A DNA stretch of 25,234 nucleotides, taken from positions 117,111 to 142,344 of the forward strand of contig CAJNOH010000254.1 in NCBI GenBank assembly GCA_905250005.1, written 5' to 3'. Within the stretch, counting starts at the first letter, position 1, and every line of letters starts with the position of its first letter. This DNA is from Rotaria sordida (Eukaryota). The notes beneath the pieces were generated by a model. The model saw only the letters and a program-made list of their open reading frames with translations. It was not told the origin of the DNA and ran no database searches. The position numbers were made by a program, and so were the translations under genes. This document shows, piece after piece, positions 11,307 to 23,200 of this stretch.

Positions 11307-12637
11307 TTTTCAAACTTTGGTGAAGACCGCGAAAAAACTAACATGTATTTACTGTTATTACTCGTGATGCGAATTTGAAAAACTTATGGAAATGAGATCA
11401 AGCGTTGTTAGAAAGTTCAACTTTGTCTTTCTTTGTGACAAAATTGATGAAACAGCTGTAAATGTCGCTAATTGAGCTATTTAAATATTGAAGATAGAAA
11501 AAGTTTGCTTGGCTAAAAAATTTTGATCAATATGGTATTAGAAAAACCCCTTTGATTTTTGGATACAAAACGCGAATCTAAAACAATTTTCATGATATAT
11601 ATTACTATGGAATGGTATTTTGTCTTTCGTGTTTGCAAAATCTACGTAGAATGTAACTTGACATCGATCTATCAGCTTCGACCGTTATCTTGACAGTTTT
11701 AGCTACTGATTTGATGATAAAGAATCTAAATGAGACGTTTGCAAAAATCTCAACTGTATATGTCAATACGTTGTATACAGACAAAGCCATTTTTCACTTA
11801 CAGTTTTCTTCCAGCTGGTGACTTCGTTATCCAGATTGTGCCTATCAGAAGTATCCGAGCTACTTGAGTTGTGTCTTAATAATGCCGTAGAATCATGAAT
11901 GGTTGATCTCTGTTCCCTGTGAGAGTGATAAAAATAAAATTGAGTATTATATTATAATTGACATCATTCCATTATAAAAAGTAAATTCAATACTGCGCAG
12001 GACTTGATAATCCTTAAAACTTTGCCTGCAGTTAGGAGAAGACCGTTATTTAGACTAAAATTATATTTCGAAGATTTACGGTGTTAAAGAACGCAAAAAA
12101 CAGAGCTGGGCAAGTACGGACTTTTTCGAGTATGAGTACGACTAAAATCGTACTCGAGTACGAATATTTCGAGTATTTTGACCAACTCTGCGCAAAATGC
12201 AAAACCTAACTCTTCTCAGCAAATGCTTTTCTATTTAAAAACTAAGAAAGTTATGAAATTCATATCGAAATAATTTTTGCAGTATTTTTCGAATTATTCA
12301 CTAAGTTTAAATAGCGGTCTTGTGTCATACTATGCCAATACTATTGTGAAAAAAACGCACCACCGTTTTCAAAGGCTATTTTTTTATTCTTACTGATTAC
12401 TTTAATATAAAAATGGAATTAATTACAGTAACTGTAAAACCACAGTGAAAGAGATTGAATAAATATTGTAATGGTGATTCAGTATCCGATACAAACTTTT
12501 AGATAAATTGCTCAAATCACAATTGATCAGAAGTACTGAAACTAGATGTTTTTTTAGATTGAAAAAGGTTTCGTCTATAGTAACAAAATCAAACACTTTT
12601 TTTGATGATTTTATATCGCGATAATTTAGCTAAACTT

Positions 12638-13538
12638 TTACATTTGTGTTGTGAATTTTAATGTTTGTTGTAGCGAAGACGATTGGTATGTGTATTCTTT
12701 TCCTTGATTTTCATTGAGCATTCTATCGATAATAAGCAAGAGTTCAGCAAAACTAGCATCTTTAGCGTTAGGTGGTGCTCGATTGTCGATTGGTATATAT
12801 CTATTTTTACATCTCTTCATTAAATTAATAAATGTTTGACTACAACGTTGTTTGAGATATCGATCAATTTCGATTCCAGCTCTTTGAAGTTTCTCCAGAT
12901 TAGTAAATACAAAGACAATATATTGGTAAATTGTAGGTCCAAATATGCTGATAAGAAATTCGCACAGTTTCTTATCGTCTTCTTCTGAAAATGACAATTC
13001 AGGGGTAAATTCAAGCACAAATAAGAAAGCATGTGGCCCGGGCGCTGCTTGCTCTAGTGAGTGTGTAATTTTCGTTCGTATAATAGAGTTTGAACCATAT
13101 TCATTAGCAAAAGCAGGTGTATCAACGATCATTAGTTTTCTTCCATAAAAGTCTCGAAAGCCTACGATATGACTACTTTCATTTGTATATGTTACTGAAG
13201 ATGAACCTTGGTTAATCATAAAATAATTATCTTGTGCAAGTAATGCATCTCCAAATGAACTTTTTACTAAAAAGTATTGATAAGCAGAATTAATACACGA
13301 ATCGTTTCATACCTTCATTTGAACGTCCGAGTAAAATCATACGTCGAGTGACTACTTGTATTGGCACTTCTGTAGAACATAGCTGCGGTGATATCCTCTC
13401 AGTTTTGAACTTAATGGCACCTATATCAGCAGGTGCTTCATTTTGAGAACTTTGCTGAAAATAGTTTTATAAACTTAAAAGATAACATAGATTATATTGG
13501 ACTCTTACTGTTTTAAATTGATGCGTTGGACGCAACAT
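12638..13538 (-). CDS. AIG1/GIMAP-type GTPase-like protein; exons 13538-13509, 13454-13313, 13266-12638, about 266 aa
   Basis: Introns of 54 nt (ACA|GTAAGA...TTTTCAG) and 46 nt (GAAG|GTATGA...TTTTTAG) keep frame (30+142+629=801 nt). Protein: ...TRRMILLGRSNE-VKSSFGDALL...GRKLMIVDTPAFANEYG...AAPGPHAFLFVLEFTPELSFSEEDDKKLCEFLISIFGPTIYQYIVFVFTNLEKL...YIPIDNRAPP. This is typical AIG1 architecture (P-loop position, DTPG-like G3, 'PGPHAFLFVL'). Confidence 0.83.
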
Positions 13539-13601
13539 TGGATCTGAGAGGTGTCTATAAGCAAAAGTCGAAAGTATTTGAATATGTTTACGTGGAAAAA
13601 A

Positions 13602-16066
13602 TTACTTTTGTATTCGTTTAATGTCATTTTCTGTCTTTTGTAGTTCATTAAAAGTTTTATTCAATGCTTTATGAATGATATTAGCTTCTTTGTAGAATGT
13701 CAAGGCACTTTGATACTCCTTTAATTGTTCATATGCTAAGCCTATCGATCGATAGGTAATACCTGTGCAACGATGATTCTGAGGCAATGTATTCAATCGA
13801 ATGATTAGTGCTTGTACGCAATAATCAAGTGCTAAAGTAGGATTATGGATTATAGTTCCGGAAGTTAGATGACATAGACCCATATTTTGAAAGATCGATG
13901 CTCGATCTGGATGATCATCTGGAATTCCTTGTTGTTTATTTATGTCCAGGGCTTGTTGGAATTCATCAAGAGCTTCGATGCACTTTGCTTTTTCATATAA
14001 AATAGATCCCATAATAATGTGACAGGCAGCCTCTTTTATTCGGTCTTCTTGCAAATTTTGCTGTCGAATAAAGGTTCGTGCTTTTTCCACATTTTGCAAT
14101 GCTTCATTGTAATCTCCCATATCTTTATAGTCATTAGCAATATGAATGTGACTAAGAGCGACAAGCGAATGATTTGTATGGGATGAGTTATGGCTCATAC
14201 GCAGGTTAAGTGCTTGTTGATAATATTTTAATGCTTCTCTAAATCTGCCCTGATCATTTTCGATATGTCCTAAACCATCAAAACAATGTGCACGATCAGG
14301 ATCGTTTTCATCTAATTCATGTAAAAGTAACTGGAAATATTTACGAGCTTTGTCTAGTTCTCCCATTCTATGTAATAAACTACCCAATGTAATCAAATCT
14401 GTTTCAGGTTGAATGAAATCTTTTGTCATGTGATCAAATATATTTTTGAGATCACAATCATCGTCACTACATAACTCAATTTTCATGACGTAACAATGAA
14501 ATGTATGATCTTCCATAATTGAACGAATACGAAATACACATCCAAGCATAAACAATGTTAAATCTTGTTCTTTTCCATATATTTGAGCGAAAGGGCGCGA
14601 TTTTTTTGTATAATCTACTTCAATCTCAAATAAAATATGTTTGAGACCAACATGATGTTGTTCTTTGTGAAAATCAATAGCTTTCATTCGATCACTCCAT
14701 GTTGACATAAAACTATTAATTGCTATAAGTTCACCTGTATTTGCTTGAAGAAGTTGGCTTAATTCGAACTCAGATATGACTTGACTTCGATATAAAGTGA
14801 GAGTTTTTTCTTTGTCTTTTATTTCTTTATCATGTTCTGTTTTAAGTTGTTGATGAATATCATTAATAACGTATCGAAATACAAATAAATGATCTAAATG
14901 TTGTTGTCTCAATGCTCTATTTAATTCTTTTAGTAAGCACGAGTCATCGCGTGTAAGCCATTCAATCGCTTTATCAGCTGTATAATTTTGATTAAAATCG
15001 GCAACGAAGTTCGACTGAGGATAGTTCATACGCAATATTTCTACTAGATCATGATGCGCTCGTGCATTGTCTTTCATATGGATAAGAACTTCGACAAAGA
15101 GTCTGAACCATAGAAAATTTCCTTTTTCAATTTTTAAATTTTTAGTTGCCATTTCTTTTTGATTAAATATATCTATTATTATATCATTCTTAGAAGCATT
15201 ACTATCCTAAAAATATACAATCGACAAACGATCAAAACAAGAACTTTTAGGAGACTATTGTAATATATTTATTTGAAAGTTATTGCATTTATTTAAACAC
15301 TTGAAAATCTTTTGTAATAGCATCCATCCTCGCTCTGAATCCGACAAAAGGCATAATTGAATACATTAAACTCTCATCGTCATCTTTACTATTCTCACCT
15401 CTTCACCAATCTATGTCATATTGAATAAATATCACAAGTTACAATAAAATTTTTAAAAATTTAGACGTAAGAATTCCTAAGATTTTCAAGTGGAAAAGAA
15501 TTGAGCTACCAAAAGTTATTTGAGATTAACTTACGGTCCTATAGAAACCACATTTATAAAATTCGTATTGAACTAAAGTTTTTAGTTTTGATAAATCTGA
15601 CACTATTGGTTGAACTTTCTGGAAAAAAAAATATAAAATTCTCTTCTGTCAATGAGAATTCATAAGCAACACGTACGGTAAGATATTGATCGGTCCATGG
15701 TCGATAAGTATTTACTGTATTGTTGTTCGAATAGACAAAAATAGTGATGATCTGTTGAAGAGAAACAATTCTTGGTGTAATTACGGAAGCAAGTTCATAT
15801 GAGACAATAATTATGAATCGAGCATTGGGATTACCGAAGACATATTGCTCGCAAGTATTGACATTATCGAACGTCAAAAGTTGACATCTTATAACAGATC
15901 TTAGTTCCTTTTTAGTTGGTTCATCATTATTGGCATCTGTATCTAGCCATATAAGATAGTACGATGGATCAGAAGTGATCGGAACTGAATTTGAACTAGT
16001 ATTCACGACGGATCTAACTGTATTTTCAGGAGAAGTTGTTATTGAATCGTCGTTGATATTGGTCAT
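13602..16066 (-). CDS. Module-ART-TPR protein ('gene C'); exons 16066-15677, 15618-15535, 15206-13602 (about 692 aa from ATG 16066), possibly extending upstream to 17710
   Basis: All three exons join in phase 0: donors ACC|GTACGT and ACC|GTAAGT; acceptors TTTTCCAG|AAAG and TTTTTAG|GATAG. Joined module: YYLIWLDTDANN...FIIIVSYELASVITPRIVSLQQIITIFVYS...YLT-KVQPIVSDLSKLKTLVQ. ART-like core (LTLYRSQ, NSFMSTW, KEQDLTLFMLGCVFRI). TPRs such as HCFDGLGHIENDQGRFREALKYYQQALNLR. Confidence 0.82.
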
Positions 16067-16195
16067 TTCAGTGTTAGTGGTTACAATCTACATATATACG
16101 TACGTATACAAATGAAAACTAAAGAGTATTTCTAAGATATACAAACAGTCATGAACACGCTCAAAGAAAACTTTATATCCTTTCTATTGGAGAAT

Positions 16196-17064
16196 ACATC
16201 CTATTCCGCGATGGTGCACATTGCTGGAATCAAATCCGCCCCGGAATCAGTTCCATCCGATTCTGGAATTCCCAATTGTCGAACTAACTCGGGTTATTCG
16301 AAAACGATCGAGTTCCCTCAATTTTCGCAATTACCGGAATTGCATCCGATTCCGGAATTGGATGCGTTCCGGAACTCCATCCGATTCTGGACTTGGATGC
16401 GATTCCCGAACTCCATCCGATTCCGGAATTCCGTCTCATCCTCACCCCTAGCTTGCCTTCTGCAATTAAAGATAAATATGTAAAATAAGGTAGCAATTAC
16501 GGAACGGAATTCCGGGAATTAGATCGAAGTGGAATTAGACGAAATCGGACGGAATTCCTAGCAGTTCCATCCGATTCTGGAACTCCGTCTCATTTTCACT
16601 CTCAGCATGCCTTCTGCAGTGAAAGATTAATATCTAAAATCAGCGAACGATTCCGGAACGGAATTCTGGAAATTAGATCGAAGCGGAATCGGACGGAATT
16701 ACCATTAATTCCTAGTAATTCCGACGGATTCCACTCCATTCCGGATTCGGATGGAATTCTGGAATCGGACGGAATTGATGAGAATTGCTAAGAATTCCGT
16801 ACGATTCCGTCTAATTCCGCTTCGATCTAATTCCCGAAATTCCGTTCCGGAATCGCTCCCTTATTTTAGATATTTATCTGTAACTACACAAGGCATGCTG
16901 AGGGTGAGAATGAAACGGAATTCCGGTGATTCCGAAAATTGAGAGAACTCGATCGTTTTCGAATAAGCCGAGTTAGTTCAACGATTGGGATTTCTGGAAT
17001 CGGATGGAACTGGTTCCGGGGGCATAATTGATTCCCGCAATGTGCAACATCGCGGAATAGGATG
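16196..17064. mobile_element. Inverted-repeat element rich in GGAATTCC/TTCCGGAAT palindromes (non-autonomous, MITE-like)
   Basis: Left arm CATCCTATTCCGCGATGGTGCACATTGCTGGAATCAAATCCGCCCCGGAATCAGTTCCATCCGATT... is an imperfect reverse complement of the right arm ending ...GGAACTGGTTCCGGGGGCATAATTGATTCCCGCAATGTGCAACATCGCGGAATAGGATG. Arms are about 150 nt or more and the interior repeats related palindromic units. Confidence 0.7.
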
Positions 17065-17220
17065 ACTGCTCTTCTATTGAACTAAACTTATCGTACATTT
17101 TAACAAGGAAGACGTATAGACGTCCGTTTTCGTTTCCTTTTGAGTATTCGCATGTGTTTCTGTGTTTTAAAAATGCGCCAAACCAAATTAGATTAATAGA
17201 ATAAAATTGTATCTACAAAC

Positions 17221-17710
17221 CTTTCTTAAAGATAGAATACGATTTATAATAGCACCCTCAAGTTGATCTAGATCAATGAATACATCGTCGACAATCTTAA
17301 TATAGACAAAAGAGTGAAATAACTTCAGTTATAAGGCAATGAGTTACTTTTTGGCATTGATTCATCCATGATTTGTAGATGTCATTTGATAAAAAGTCGT
17401 AAACAAAAACGGAATCCAACTGCGGTAGCTCGTCAATTTCTGGTACAAGAATATTACCAAGTTTGCGACTGACGATCAAACTAAAGTGGTCATTAGGTCT
17501 TTCCTTAATATATGTTTCGCATAAATCACTGTCATCCAATTGTATCAGCTGTTGATTCATTTTTTTTAAACAATGTTTCAGTCTTGAGTTTTTTTTCTGT
17601 TCATCATCAAGCCAAATTAAAGTAAATTTAAAGAATAATTCGTTAGTGATGGTTTTTTGCTTAAATCGTATATAATTTGATTTTCTTCCAAAACATCCTG
17701 TGTTGCCCAT
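17221..17710 (-). CDS. Two exons (17710-17348, 17295-17221) encoding one complete N-terminal module; a separate gene fragment or the 5' end of gene C
   Basis: MGNTGCFGRKSNY...FTLIWLDDEQKKNSRLKHCLKKMNQQLIQLDDSDLCETYIKERPNDHFSLIVSRKLGNILVPEIDELPQLDSVFVYDF...QK-IVDDVFIDLDQLEGAIINRILSLRK. The 52-nt phase-0 intron (AAA|GTAACT...ATTAAG|ATT) sits at the same module position as in genes C and D; the second exon ends AAG|GTTTGT. Confidence 0.68.
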
Positions 17711-18020
17711 ATTCACTGATAATCTTAAGAATTTACAAAAATTACACCATTATAGAGTTTTATAGAATAATTGTTATGGAAATTTAAAAAAGCTTTTTAG
17801 ACAATATAGGTTCGTTATTGAAAGGAGAAAATCACAGACTTTATGCGTCTTAAAGGCTCATAAAGTATCATGTAGTTTCAAAGTGTTGAACTTCTGTAAT
17901 CTGTTGTTTTCCTCTGGGAAAACTACCCAGGCATACAGCGGCTCATTTCAACAAATCTTTACGCATTAGAATATGTACTTTTTACGCTAAGAAAATAAAT
18001 TGCCCTGTTGAAAACAGCAA

Positions 18021-18155
18021 CCAATGTAAAAAAAACAACGTTAAAAAATCATATTAAATTGGATTATTTCTTGATTAAAAATTGATTGAAATAGCGCCCT
18101 TATAAATGAATTTTGATCAAAAAAATAATCGATTTCAATCGGTTTTTTACCTGGG
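18021..18155. mobile_element. Diverged small AT-rich hairpin element, possibly related to the one at 1642-1736
   Basis: CCAATGTAAAAAAA near 18021 and TTTTTTACCTGGG at 18143-18155, with internal ATCGATTT/AAATTGAT-type segments. Weak similarity by eye. Confidence 0.3.
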
Positions 18156-20217
18156 AAGTTTGTGGACATTATCGTCTTCAAAATTCCATTTTTTCAATAG
18201 AATTCTTTTGACTGCGTAAAAAAGTATTTCTTTTACCGGTTTTATCTGATTGAGTATTAATGTATTTACTGTAAATCTTAATTCACAATTTATTTATCCA
18301 TCAAATATTTAAATTTTATGAATAATAATAACTGTATTTGTAGAGACATTCCAAGAAGAAATGAGGATTTTTATGTAATGGTCAGTCTCCATAACTTTAG
18401 CTTTCTTTTCTTCCATCACAAATATTTATGCAATTTTATTTCCATAATCTTATAACACAAAACTCAGCCTGCTACTCGATAGATATTTCGACGCATTGAT
18501 CTAAGCATCCGATGAGTATTAAAATTCCAGATCGATTGCTCGTATTGCTGCTTTCCGATAAGTCGAGGGCTCGATGTTAGGTCGTTTTGATAGATAGTTT
18601 TCGACCACCGGAATGATTTTTCTCGAGAGAACCGGAATTCGAACAAAAAAAAGTTTTTTGTCCTCAAGATGTCTTATTTTTGAGTTGTCGGAATCTATCG
18701 AATATATACGGAGGAACAGATTTGAAGATAGGTACTAACAATTAACTTTCATTGAGCATGTAAACTACATATGAACTATTATTCTTCTATGAAAATCATC
18801 TTTTTAATTCATAGAAAGATAATACTTTGATAGTTGTGTACATTTTTTTAACTTTTGTTTCTACTTTTTTAAGATTTAGAAAAACATTTTTTAACAGTAA
18901 TAATTCAATATGAGCATATCTTCGTCAAGAGCACGGATGGATTTGTTTTATGTTTTGAATCAGTGGATGATAAATACTGTTCAGAAAATCATTGAATTAA
19001 AGCGAAGTATATATCGGACATAAATAATTCTGCTAAGATCATTGAATAAAAGTAAAGGATATCTAAAAATGAAGTTTTGAAGAAGTTTCACGTAATCAAA
19101 ATTAGACCAAGCAGTCAAAACAATTCATGTGATAGGTTTGTTTCTACCGAGTCCTCGAATGTATCCCGCTGATATGTTCCTTTACCTCAAATGGTCGGAA
19201 CCTCAATGGATTCGGAGTAGTTGAAATGTATCGGACAAGTTAGCAGTATTCTTTGGATAGATTTCTGCTATCCAAGCACTTGAAACTTCGGTGAGTTTTG
19301 AGGTGTAGAAATGTGTTCAAAGGATCGAAAATGAATGTTGAATGGGATACAGTGTCCGAGTCCTCGAAATTCGATGAGTTGATGGAGAATTTGAACTTGT
19401 AACAAGACCGAAATCAGAGGACTCTTTAGAGAACATCCGTAGAAGTATAGAGGTATAAGGATAAAGGTACTAGCCTCTAGTCAAGGGTTTCCCTTTACCC
19501 TCATTCTTCCACTTCCTCAAAGGGCTTTGCCCTCACCCCAAAATAACTCTATACCTCCGATTTGTTACAAGTTGATGTTCTTTTAAAAAATCTGAATTTG
19601 CCGCAAACTCGAATTTCCCGACATATGGAATTCGATGGCTATGGAGAGCTTCCAAAACTGGAACAGAACGAACAAAAATATAATTTCAAATTTTTGATCG
19701 CTCGTTGCGCTTATCGTATGCTTTTCAAAGTCTGCTTGGATAGGATCTCGATAATATATTCTCTATCTCATTTTCAACACATCCTGTTAGTCAAAATAAT
19801 TTCTCTCTTCTTGTGTAGTTTCCGCCTTGAAGCTTTTGGATAAGAACTCGATCTTGCTCGTGGTATCGTTTCTTCGACAATTATCAAAAGCACTTTCGAA
19901 ACTTTCTTTGCTTCTATGCTCTAATATGCACTTACACCAAATAGTCACGAAGAATAAAGAAACAGCTGATTATAACCTTAGTCATTAATAACATACTCTA
20001 ACAGTTCAGTTACTGGATTTTTAACAAGATACGATGGCCAGTAGAGAAAATGGATTAAGTGAAGGTGTTGTAGTAGTCGATCGTTATGTCTGTTGTGTTG
20101 TTAATGAATTTCTATGAAGAGATAGCTAAAAGATCTGAAACATACAAACGATAGATGTAATAATACAAAGAAAGTGCATTGTGAATAATAAATTCTTATT
20201 GTTAAAATATATCTTTT

Positions 20218-23200
20218 TTATAATTTTTCACGAATTGCATTCAGAGTCTCTTGACAAGTTATCACTTGTGGATCATTAGGTTCCAATGCACGATAATATA
20301 TTTCTATCGCTTTTTCACCATACTCTAGCGCGATTTCATACAAATGTAAACGATAAAATGTTAATGCCAAATTATGGTAACCGAAAGCTAAAGATAGATG
20401 ATTGGGTGGAAATGATTTTTGCATGATTTGCATAGACTTTTCATGATATAACAAAGCTTTACTGTATTCTTGAAGTTCATTGTAAATAGAGGCAAGATTA
20501 TTGTATGGCACGGCAAGATCAGGATGGTTGGGTGGCAGCGATTGTTGCATTATATCAAGAGATTTTTCGTAAAAAGATAAAGCTTTGCTATAGTCTTGAA
20601 GTTCATTATAAATAGCGCCGATATTATTATATGATGTAGCAAGATCAGGATGATTTGGTGGCAAGTATTTCTGTTGAATTTCGAACGCTTGTTCATAATG
20701 TATTAATGCATTATTGAAATTGTTCAGATCAGTCAGTACGAGACCAATATTGTTATGATAAGAAGCAATTTTAAGTGAATTGGGTTGTGGAGCTAGAAGT
20801 TCGATGTTAAGAGCTCGCTCCATGTATTCTAACGCTTCGTTTAATTGATTTTGATTTCGCAAAACACTACCAATATTGCTATAAATAGAAGAAAGAGAAG
20901 GATCGTTAGGAGACAAATAAGTAAGTTTTATTTCCAGTGATTTTTCATAATGAGCAAGAGCTTCGCCAAGGTTTCCTTTTCGACTATAAATTGCTCCTAA
21001 TTGATTGTGCAGTGACGAGATTTCTTGTCGATCTTCATTCGAATGTGTCGCATTGAGCAATGTTTCATACACTTCCAGAGCCCTATCATATTGTCCCATT
21101 TCAAGCATAAGAGCGCCCAATCGTTGAAATCCTGTCCCACTTTCGATGTTTCGACGTATATGCTCTGTAAGCACTTGTAGTTGTCGATCATTATCACTGG
21201 TCAAAGTAAGATGTACCTGCCACAGTCTGTTTTCTCTATCTATACTTCTTGTCTCACCAATTCGAAATACAGTATGCATTGAGAAAAGAACTTCATCTTC
21301 TGATTCGAAGTAACTGTGGTCATTTATTAAGGCAAATGGAGTTGATGAAATCAATGGATTGATTGTCATTTCAAAGAGAATACCGACTAGATCAGGAATG
21401 CTTGCGTTGGATTCAGCAAAAGAGAAAGAGACATCTCTGACCGTACTTGTAGATAAGAAATTATTGAACGACATAAGACCACCTTCAGCTTTCTTCAATT
21501 TGTCAAAGTCTGTCTTGGACAAACCTTGACCACGATAAACAACAAATGGTTGCACCGAGTGACTACTGAATTCTTTGGCATGAAGTTGTTCAATATGTCG
21601 ATGTAGATCGCAAATGAAAAAACCAATTTTTACGATAAATTCAATGTCTAACGTTCTCAAAGCTTTGTTCAACATACGATACAAGCCAATTCCGTGTGTG
21701 TACCACCAAATGGATGAGTGGTCATTATATTCTCGTTCAAATTCATCAATTTCTCGTAATTGACGAACGTTACCAACGAACTGTTCTCGACAATAGTTAA
21801 CGAATTCTCTCTTTGCTGTTTCATCATACTTCATGTCGAGAAGAATTTCTTTGAGTAGCTTTGTATACATAAATGACGGATCCAGTTGATCTAATTTGAC
21901 ATTAATGAACGAGTCAGATGATGGGACAAAACTAATTGCTATTAAATCATGATTTGATTGATGAACATCTTGCTCAAGTATATCACAAATGGATACAATT
22001 TGAGTGAAGACACCTTTTATTTTTCCATACTCTTTAGCCCATGCTTCATAATTCGATTTATTTACACCACAAAATACATAGATTGATTTAATTTGCGGTA
22101 TTTCATGAATTAATGGTACGATATGTTGGCCAAAAGCACCAGAAACAATAAGGAATATTTTTTCATCCGTTAAATCGGTAAAATAATCTACACAATCATC
22201 CGCACTAGTAAATGTGTGAATAGTATCCACGATTTGATGTAGTAGGGAAAGAGAATATTGATAATCATTGTTTGTCTCATCAATATTCAAATCGAGCCAG
22301 CAGACTATATAATCTTGATTATTTCGTTGTCTTGCTGAAAAAAAATTGGAAAGGTAAGAACAAATCAATTTTAATATATATTTAGAGATCCAATTAACTT
22401 TTTTATATTCAAATGAAATTTTCTCAATTTAGTTTCGTTTTTAGAATTAAGGATCAATGAATATATATATAATTACCAGGTTTTGTTGAAGACGGCGAAA
22501 CATTATGAATATCTTTATAATCTAAACGATAAACAGGAGCAATTATTGGAACCCAAATTAAAGTCAAATAAACTTTCAATCATAGTAAATATTCAATATA
22601 TTTCTGAAAGAAAGTGAATGATAATTGACATACTTCGAATGATGTTATGTGTAAGAACAGCAGCATCTTGTTTAATATATGTGATTAATTGATTGATATC
22701 GGCGCATACACGTTTTATCTACACAGTAATTAAGTTAAAATTGAAACGAACTATATGTAATACAGTCTTACCTTGTTATATTTTGTAGTCCATTTGGTTT
22801 TTCGATCGCTAGTTGAATCTGAAGAAATAAAAATATAAAAAGCTTTAAGTCGATCATTTGAATGAATTTCAGGTATAAATTGTCGCCCCATTCTATTAAT
22901 AGCAACAAATAGAACCGGTTTCGTAGCAATGGTACGTTGACTAATTGAATCAAGATATTTTTGACATATATCGAATCGATCGAATGTTCTTATACAAGGA
23001 TCAAGTTCATAGAGATGATGTCGAAGCACCTCATCGCTATGATCGTCGAGACAAACAAGATGCCAAAGTAACTTAAAAATAATGATTACAGTTTTTTTTA
23101 AGCACAGTCACACAATGATACGTACAGCGCTATAGTATAAACCTTCGTTTCTTATACCATTTATCAAGTCAATTATGTTTGTTGTTACTAGTTTAATCTA

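Noticed and set aside
16151-16942. ORFs 16151-16483, 16221-16451, 16284-16496, 16751-16942
   Set aside because: They lie in the palindromic GGAATTCC element; translations such as RNSIRFRNS are repeat artefacts occurring on both strands.
19562-19843. 93-aa ORF on + strand
   Set aside because: No recognisable domain, no supporting splice context; could be a gene relic but not supportable.
22580-22606. Strong CTTTCTTTCAG acceptor near 22605 for gene D exon 7
   Set aside because: All three downstream frames hit a stop (TGA at CTATGATTGA or earlier) before the conserved continuation. The weaker GATTGAAAG|TTTATT acceptor keeps phase and was used, with lower certainty.
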